A stretch of 64,000 nt of DNA from NCBI GenBank assembly GCA_964252035.1, contig OZ176205.1; one strand, given 5' to 3'. The position numbers and the translations under genes were made by a program. Shown here in pieces: positions 56,101-64,000 of the stretch (its first letter is position 1; every line of letters begins with the position of its first letter). This stretch comes from Podarcis erhardii. Its lineage: Eukaryota. The notes beneath the pieces are model-generated. The model searched no databases, had not been told where the DNA came from, and was given only the letters and a program-made list of their open reading frames with translations.

Positions 56101-59100
56101 GAAGGCCTGGTGCAGGCTGTAGAGGGCCTCCTGTGAGCTGGGGTAGTCAAAGCCACCCTTTGTAACCACAAACATGTTATAAAAGGAGAAGTATTTGAAC
56201 TGAGCTGAAATGAAGGCGTGCTCCTTTGTGCCTCGTGGTAAAATATCCGTCAGGTAGAGTCCATCATGCACCTTGGTTGTACCGTAGAGGCTCAGGCCCA
56301 GCAGTGCCAGGAACAGGACTACAACAATTCCCTGGAAATGCAGAAAGGAAAGAGTGAAGACGGATGCACTCCGACCCCAATCTCTTCTGCAGAAGCTAAC
56401 TTTTCCTCTGCTGCTGTCAAGAGACTTGACTTAGCAAACATAGGGAGAATGGAAGAAAATCTGTGGACAGTGGACACAGTGGACAGCCAGATGTTTATGA
56501 AAAGCAAACAACTGCTTGGGGGCTGGAACTGCAACCACCCAGCCCCACTTCCTAGTACCTACAGTACGTGCAGGGTATGAATTGCCCCTAATGGAGTTTA
56601 TATCAACATGTGCCATATTGTGGGAGTATGGAGCATACTTGTAAGGCAAGAGAATCAATAATGACAGGTAGGGAGTTTTCCATGCAAGGGGGCACATAAC
56701 ACACACATATATTAACCTTGAGAACATAGTTCTTTTGACTCTGTACCTGGACCTCTCTCTCTCTCTGAAGGTAAACACACACACAATATCTTAGATCATC
56801 TAGATTATCTGTGACTGACACAGCCACTTCATCTGGAATTACCCAAGGAAGATGCAGAGCCTTCATACCTAACTTCCTAGATGTGTAAAAATAGACTAGG
56901 AAAGATGTACAGCTCTTGTCTTTGAATGACTACAAGGGACATGCAATCTTTGCCCCTGATAGGCAGGGCACAGGGGAGAGCAACACCATGTCCTCATACA
57001 GGATGACATGCACAATGACTACATTTCAGATTGCTTCTCTCATCTCCGAGAAGAACAGGGAGCTTTAGTTCTCCATTGGCTGTAGTGCTGGCATCACAGA
57101 CTTGTTACCCAGGATGCTGTACTCCCCCCCCCTCTTATTTCAACATAGGACAGAATGCCACCCACAAAGAAAGCGATTCTCAGCTGCCTACCTTGGTCTG
57201 GCTCTGCAGCAGGATAGGTGCATATTTGTCGCGAGCAAAGCTAGAGAAGTTCCAATGACAAAGGGGCAATGGCACACACTCCTGGGCGCTTTTGTTCTCA
57301 TCCAGCTGTGCCAGAAGATCACGGGTGGAGCTGGCAGGGGTGAAGACTTGCGACCCCAAAGGGTTGGCAGGCAGGAGAGTGGAAGGGGTGGTATACACAT
57401 GCTGGGTGGGTGGTAAGATGGTGACCACATGACGCCCGGAGGGATCGCACTGGGTGAAGGCCTGAACCGTAGTGGTGATGCGTGTGCTGGTGGTCAGTGC
57501 TGGATGTCCATGCGGGAAAGCAGGTGCTGTGGAGTTGTCATTTGCATCCGTGTATTCCTGTGGCTGAATCTGGATGACGTGGGAGGAGCAGAGGCTGTGG
57601 GGAGAAGAAGACACTGAGAAAATGCTGGGCAACACACAGTCCCCTAGCTAGCCAGGCATCCTAACTCACACCCAGCATCTGGATATAACTATCACAAAAA
57701 GTTCCACTTCTCTTGGTGAGCACATAGAGATACCCTTCACAATGTCTTTAAAGGGGCTTTTCAGAGTATGCTGATTTTATGTGCAGTTTGATGTGCATTT
57801 TGACTTGTTCTTATAGACAAACTTTTACCATAATAAAGAAATGTGTTTTTCAAAATGTTGTTGAGAGCACTACCATCTGTGCAGCTGGCTTTGTTCTCTT
57901 GCTCTTTTCCTTACAGCTGCATTTGATCCTCTCTTCTTGGGCTTAATGACTTTTCCAAACCGCTGCCCCCAATTGCAGCATGCGTCTCCTCTCCTGGGAG
58001 ATCTGATGGAGTCCAGCCTAGCCAGGGAGAGCGCAGTACTGCCCCAAAGGAGAAGGGACTCTTGGGGGGGGGGGCAACTGTCTCTCCACCGCCAGCAGCT
58101 ACACATATTTACTTACGGACAAACAAACACTCTTAAGACAGTACCTGTAGAAACAGCACAGAATATCAAGCCTCTTGTTTTCACGCCGGTGAAGGTCCAG
58201 ACTCAGGATGGCAGGAAAAATGAAAAGCACCATGGCAAAGTTGAACACTACCACGACAGCAGCCTGCAAGGAGATGAAGGAGAGAGAACAATTAAACATG
58301 CTGAAGATCCTGTGCCAGGTCACCCTCTGTATAAAGAGGGGCATCTATCCTTCAAGGGGAGGGATCACCCAGCTTTCCAGCCAAGGCCATGGAAACTGGG
58401 GGCACAGCTACCTTCAGAGTGGAAGTGAAGGCTTGCCTTCAGTGAGATTCTAAGAAAAAGCAAATGTGCATAAGCACAGTTTGCTGACAAACCTGCAGGG
58501 AGGAGCTCCTAGCAGAGGGGCTTACCTGCAGAGAGAAGGCACGCAGTGCTGGGATGGGCACAAGAGCAGCCATGAAGAAAGCAATCATATTATTGACAGA
58601 GGTGAGTGCCACACTGGTGCCACTGCGGCGCAGGCATTCCCCAGTCCGCTCCTGCATTGAAAAGGTGCAAATGAGGAACCGTGAGAATAGAGTTGAGGAC
58701 GGGTTGAGCGTGCACTGGCAATGCATAGGGACTCAAAGGCTTGTGCAAAAACAGGGAACCTTCTTACCTTGACAGGGACGTGCTGGCTGGTCTCTGTGAA
58801 GGCGTGTGCCAGCAAAAACATGTCATCCACACCAATGCCCAGTGCCAGAAAGGGCAGCACCTATACAGATATGGAGAAAAGCACAATGGGAGGAATCCCA
58901 GTTAGAGGAGCACATCCAGGACTTGCTCAAATCCCACAAAAGTAGAAACAGGTCTCAGGCTGCAAACTGTGACTGGAAAGTACCACAAATTCTTCCTTTT
59001 GCTGTTATACTCAGGCTCTAAATGATTCTCATGTTAACCAAAGTCAGGTTGGTTGGTGACTCTGGTGGGCTTTTGCTTTCTGCTAACATATATTTGAGTC

Positions 59101-62100
59101 ACCTGCACCTGGTTTATTAGGCTCCTTCCTTGCCTTGCAGGCACCTGATCTGAGGCTTTCTTTGTGCCATACTCCTAGTCTGTACCTGCCTCGGTACAAA
59201 TGGACAGTTGTTCTTTTTTAAAAACTCAGCTGCTAGGGAATATACAGTATCGTATATTCCTCTGGAACTTCTGAACAAGAAACAGCATGTAGGCAGCTAG
59301 AGTGATCTGATTGCTGAAGGCAGCACAATGGTCATTGGAACATCAGGAACAGTCAAGTGCTCTCTACAACACAGCACCTTCTAATGCCAAGCAGGGATAG
59401 AGAGGCAGAACATAACCTCAGCATTGCATAACCTAAGAAATTGATAGGGTAGACAGTTCTCCCGCTTGCTGAGCAAAGAGGAGGGGAAATTGATGGAGAA
59501 CTAAGGGAGGTCATTAGGGAAGGCAGACCTCTCCAAAATGTGGCCTACCTGGGTCGTGGCTGCATTGAATGAGATTCCTAGCAGAGAACACAGTCCAAGT
59601 CCTGCTGCCACGGAAAGGGCAACCAGAAGAACCCCAGCCAGGCCCACAGCACCCTGTGATTTGGAACAGTCCCAACGCAGCATGGTGACACAGGCATACG
59701 CCAGCTGCAAGTGGAGGAGAATGAGACGGCAATTAATGAGAAGAAAGGCAAGGATGGAAAAGCTATGCTTTAGTACACAATGGAAGATAAAGGAATAGGA
59801 GGGAGGAAGGAGAGGGAAGAAGCTGCTACACACCATCAGCAGGTACCCGCCAGCCACACGGATGGCGCTCACATCTGAGAAGGATTTCATGATGTCATCG
59901 AGCGTGGTGGTGGAGAAGGCATGGATAGTCTGGGAGGAATTCGCAGGGAGGGATTCCTGGGCCAACTGCAAAGAAGCAAGACTCATGAGATACTGGAAGG
60001 AGAAGAGTCATCTCAGTGGCTGGGATGCTTCTCACATACATAAATGCATCCACAGGATCCATCTACACGCCAGGCATAGGCATGAAGGCTCATTGGCATG
60101 AAGGAGCCTATATGCTGCTAGACATGCCATGTAGTAATACCAAGCAAGACAGAAAACTGTACAGGGTCCATACACTCAATTCAAGAACAACTGGCTATGT
60201 TTTCACCCTATAAATTGTTTTTCATGCCATTCTACATGCTCACAAGCATTCATGGTGGCACCCAAACTTTTCACACTGGCAGATGCATATTTGCATGCAG
60301 CCCTACATAATATTCTGCTCCTCACTGACAGACCTGCATGCAGTTTTGCACGTCATCTTCCTAGCATCTTCCCTTCCACGCACACACTTTTTCAGCCTTT
60401 TGTAGACGCATTTGTGTCTTCACCCTTGCACACACCTGCATCAAACAGCCCTGGAGTTCCCACACAGATGCCACAAACCAACCTGTCCATCTCACCTCAA
60501 CAAACTCCCGCTGCCAGGCCTCCAGCACAGCAGCAGCCTTCTCCTCACTCCAGCTGATGTCGTGTATCTCATAGTCATCCCGGTAGTGCTCAAAGAGCTG
60601 TCGTGGGCTCATCAACAGGAACATGCTTTGTAGGGCTTCGGCTCTGCAGGAAACAGAAGCTGGATGAGAGACAACCCTTCTACTCACAGTCAAGGAGGCA
60701 GCACTCCTTTCAGCTCTGGAACTAGAGCCTTTAGGCCCCATTGCTCCCCCACTGCCCAGGCTCAAGGCAGAAACCAAAAACCTGATTTCAGCCCTCATTC
60801 TGTGCACAGTTCTTTCACAAGCCTACTTATGGGGCTTTTTTCAATTGAAACAGGTGGCTAGCCACCCCTATCAAAAAGGTATGCAAAAGGTATGCATGCC
60901 ATGTCGATCAGCTGCCATGGAAAGCAAGTCACTGACTAACGTTCCACACAAAACCTGAGAAAAACCAATAGGCTTTCACAGCAGACCTGTGATTGTAGCA
61001 GATGATTTGCCTAGAAAGTTCACCATGTATACATCCCAATCTATACACAACAAAAAAGTCTGCATGTATTGTGTTCTAGAAATGCATGGAAAGAGCTGGA
61101 AATGGCTGCAGATGCACCTCCCTGTAATATCAGAAGCACATCTCTTCCTTCTGCCTGAGCCTTCCAGCTTTAAAAGGTGAGGATCTTTTCTCCCATTTTC
61201 TGGCTGCTTCCCATATTCTGACTGCTTCCTTGCATGGGATTTTTAAACCAAAGCAAGGCAATGTATAGCAGCAATAACCCTTGTCCCCAATCTATTGCCC
61301 ATTCCTTAGCCATTTTTGCAGCTCTTTGCATTGTGAGATATGGAAGGGTTCAGAGACACAAGAATTCCCCTCTGAAGAACAATGGTTTTTAAAAGCTGAC
61401 ACCGATTATGACACTGCCCCCACCAGCATGCGGAACGTGCCCCACCATGCCAAAACAGAAGGTATGGCAACCTGTAGAACAGATAACTGCAGGTGCCAGC
61501 ACAGTGCAGACTTGTGTGGAATCAACTTCCCAATGTGCATTTCAGCCCCTTTCTAGGATCAGGGCTGCGGATTGCTGCAAGCAGGTGTCTGTGCTGTGTC
61601 TTCCAGCATCCACGGCAGCTGGAAGGAATTGGGGTGGGGGGAGGTGGCTTCGGGAGGCAAGGGGTGATGGCAGCCAGAGCTTCAGGGATCAACATAAATC
61701 CCATGGCTTAGGAATGCCCAAGCCAGTTGCTCCTAGGGTCAGGTCGCGGACATGCACCCACGAGAATATGAACCTCAGTGGCATCAAGTTACAAGCTGGC
61801 TCAGGAGGCAGTTTACTACCACCCCCAACTGTGAAAGGGGTAGCAGCGAGAGTCCAAGCAGTTCCCAGGAGCCACACTGTTCTCTCCCCTCACCATTCAA
61901 ACACAACATTTATGACTTTGTCCATCCTTTTTAATTGGCCCTGCTTGCAGGGAAAAGCCATCTGCTCTGCATAAAGAATTCCTTAGCTACTGAGTTATTC
62001 CTGGCCAAAGACCTCTGACTTGACAGGCACACACACCACACAAACACACACTTACCCCTGCAGTTTGCCCTGGGAATCCTTCACAGTGCCACCCAGGATC

Positions 62101-62177
62101 AGTTCCTCTTCCCAGTGCATGTATTTTCGTGAGAAGCCATGGCAGCCACCTGTGAGCTCTGAGGGGATGTCTGGTTC
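49401..62177 (-). CDS. PTCH2: Patched 2 (Hedgehog receptor), 3' 17 coding exons (5' exons beyond window): 62056-62177, 60496-60643, 59834-59965, 59549-59704, 58768-58860, 58526-58651, 58145-58263, 57192-57594, 56019-56331, 55009-55151, 54486-54666, 53963-54246, 52651-52788, 51843-51985, 50962-51061, 50426-50674, 49401-49814
   Basis: Joined frame (3264 nt) [30 protein letters not shown]...sterol-sensing domain ([21 protein letters not shown])...[18 protein letters not shown]...[12 protein letters not shown]...[11 protein letters not shown]. All boundaries are GT-AG. PTCH2 rather than PTCH1 is called from sequence features (e.g. [23 protein letters not shown]) and the HECTD3/UROD neighbourhood. 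Confidence 0.93.
52302..52310 (+). promoter_or_regulatory. Perfect GLI consensus site in a PTCH2 intron
   Basis: GACCACCCA. Confidence 0.45.
53062..53135. repeat. Compound (AT)n-(TTTG)n microsatellite
   Basis: Direct reading. Confidence 0.95.
55404..55697 (-). mobile_element. L2-clade LINE/SINE 3' fragment
   Basis: The reverse complement contains GCCTTCTCTGCAGTGGCTCCCCATCTGTGGAATGCTTTCCCC and a TGTGAACCACCCTGG...AAATAAATAAAT tail. Confidence 0.65.
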
Positions 62178-62341
62178 CTGGTGGAGACAACAAGAATGGA
62201 ATGTAAAATAGCAGCATAAACTCCAGACATAAGCACAGGTATTTTAGATGCATATTAAGGACACCACTATAGCCCCATCTCCTGCTTTTCATGGAGGAAG
62301 AAGTATCTTTGCACACTTCTGACTTGTGCACTGTGTACATT

Positions 62342-62376
<35 letters not shown>
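62342..62376. repeat. (TAC)n microsatellite
   Basis: Direct reading. Confidence 0.95.
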
Positions 62377-63048
62377 TTGAAGCAGAACTGTTCTGCTTAA
62401 GACTAAGGGATTATATGCTATAGCCCTGACTAGCTGGCTAATAAAACAAAACCCAGCTGTTATGGAAAGCAAGGGCAAATGTTGCTCCTCTGCAAATGTC
62501 ACATGTAAAAAACAAAACAAAACAAAAACCGCACACACGCACGAAATTCTCAGTAGGACAGGCAGCCTGCTCTAGCAGACAGAATATTGAATTTGAGTGA
62601 CCCAAACAGGTTTAAATTCGTGCTCAACCATGAATTCATTGAGAACTTTGGAAAAGTCAACATTTATTAACTTCAGTTTTGTATCCAATAAATGGAAATA
62701 AAATAGTGAAAAAAATGTAAAGCACTTTAGACATTAACTGTGCTACTGGAACAATCCATGTCTCTATAAACAAAACAAAGAATATTTCCCATTATTCCGT
62801 AACACTATTCCAGCATTATGTCACATCCAGGAGAGGAGTGATCAAGAAATTGAACCTTATAGGGAACTATACAAATAGGAACAGGCTTAATTCTCACTGG
62901 CTGGAGTTGGTGTAGCCCAAACACCAATGAGGTGCCCAAGCGCTTCTCTTTACTATCACCCACTAGTGAATAGCTGACATCCTCTTCTGTGGAGAAAAGT
63001 AAAGTTCTGCCCTTTGGGACAATGTTGGACTGGTGACTAAACCTGCCC

Positions 63049-63057
63049 TGGGTGGTC
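63049..63057 (-). promoter_or_regulatory. Perfect GLI consensus site in a PTCH2 intron
   Basis: TGGGTGGTC (reverse complement GACCACCCA). Confidence 0.45.
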
Positions 63058-63728
63058 AGTCCCTTGCTGATAGGGACCCTACATACACATGTGCCCTTGA
63101 AAGGAGGACAACAGACAGAAGCTCTCTTTTAGCAAACACCACATACATAAACATAATAATATTGCATATTCTGCTGGTTAACAATAATGGGCAAGGCTTG
63201 AGATCCTCTCTGGAAATAATCCATTCTGCTCCTAGCTATGTAACCTCACATCTGACAATAATAATCCACATTTCAGTTCAGTGACATTGGCCTGGAACAA
63301 TTAAGAAGGTTTACTAACAACTGTCAGAAAAACTACTCCTTGGAGCAGCCTGATGCCTCCCTGATTGCCGAGGATGGAAGACGGCGACATGCCATATGGC
63401 ATTGCCACCATTATCATAATGCCTGGAACCCTGAGACATAATAAATCACACAATCTCTGTGCAGGGAAAGCAAGCAGAGCTAAAGAGATCTGATAGATTC
63501 TAGCTTTTATGTGACAGTGCTCCATATTGGTTCTTCCCTGGTCTAGGTATTCTCATAGAATGAGGACCCAAAATCAGTCTGGCTCTGTCGCCCTGCAATC
63601 ACCAGTGAGTCACCCACACAGTCATAAGACAAACATCAAGCAATGGGAAAAGCAGGAAAATTCCTATCACCTTGTAAGCTGGAGGACAGCACTTTCATAA
63701 AGCATGCCAATCATGGCTTCACATTCTT

Positions 63729-63786
<58 letters not shown>
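63729..63786. repeat. (TCTA)n microsatellite
   Basis: Direct reading. Confidence 0.95.
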
Positions 63787-63832
63787 ATCTACCTTGCAAA
63801 GCAGCAGTGCCACATTTTCAGCCAACAAGGAT

Positions 63833-63870
<38 letters not shown>
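63833..63870. repeat. (AAC)n microsatellite
   Basis: Direct reading. Confidence 0.95.
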
Positions 63871-64000
63871 GAAGAAGCAGCCCATTTGGAAAATACCAGA
63901 TGGATGAATTCAATTCAGCTAATGCTTGATAATATTTATCCAACTAAGAGAAATATAAGAAGACTTGGTATTATATCAGGCAACTACTATGCTTTTCTGC

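Noticed and set aside
63301-63525. Possible further PTCH2 exon
   Set aside because: No frame resembles the expected upstream Patched exon (WTNLDP...); that exon must lie beyond 64000.

Overview
Eukaryotic genomic DNA from a squamate reptile, probably a lacertid lizard (inferred from a Sauria/Squam1-type SINE, a BovB fragment, and CR1, L2 and hAT/Tigger MITE remnants). Four spliced vertebrate genes were reconstructed by hand, with GT-AG boundaries and consistent phases. They are: the last 3 coding exons of ZSWIM5 (+); complete UROD (-, 10 exons, 369 aa); complete HECTD3 (+, 21 exons, 857 aa), head-to-head with UROD; and the 3' 17 coding exons of PTCH2 (-), whose 5' end lies beyond the window. 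HECTD3 and PTCH2 are tail-to-tail with no EIF2B3 between them, unlike the human order. The gap between them holds an orphan CpG island with a strong CTCF motif and a 5'-truncated CR1. The most unusual signal is two solo LTRs in consecutive HECTD3 introns. One U3 region is a single open frame from the LTR edge (233 codons: acidic, Ser-Pro repeats with synonymous variation, Arg-rich C-terminal motif). The other, divergent LTR carries a decayed version of the same architecture. This suggests a Nef/Sag-like accessory protein encoded in squamate LTRs; that is a hypothesis needing full-length elements to test. No rRNA, tRNA or CRISPR features were found. There is a 133-nt N gap at 13546-13678.
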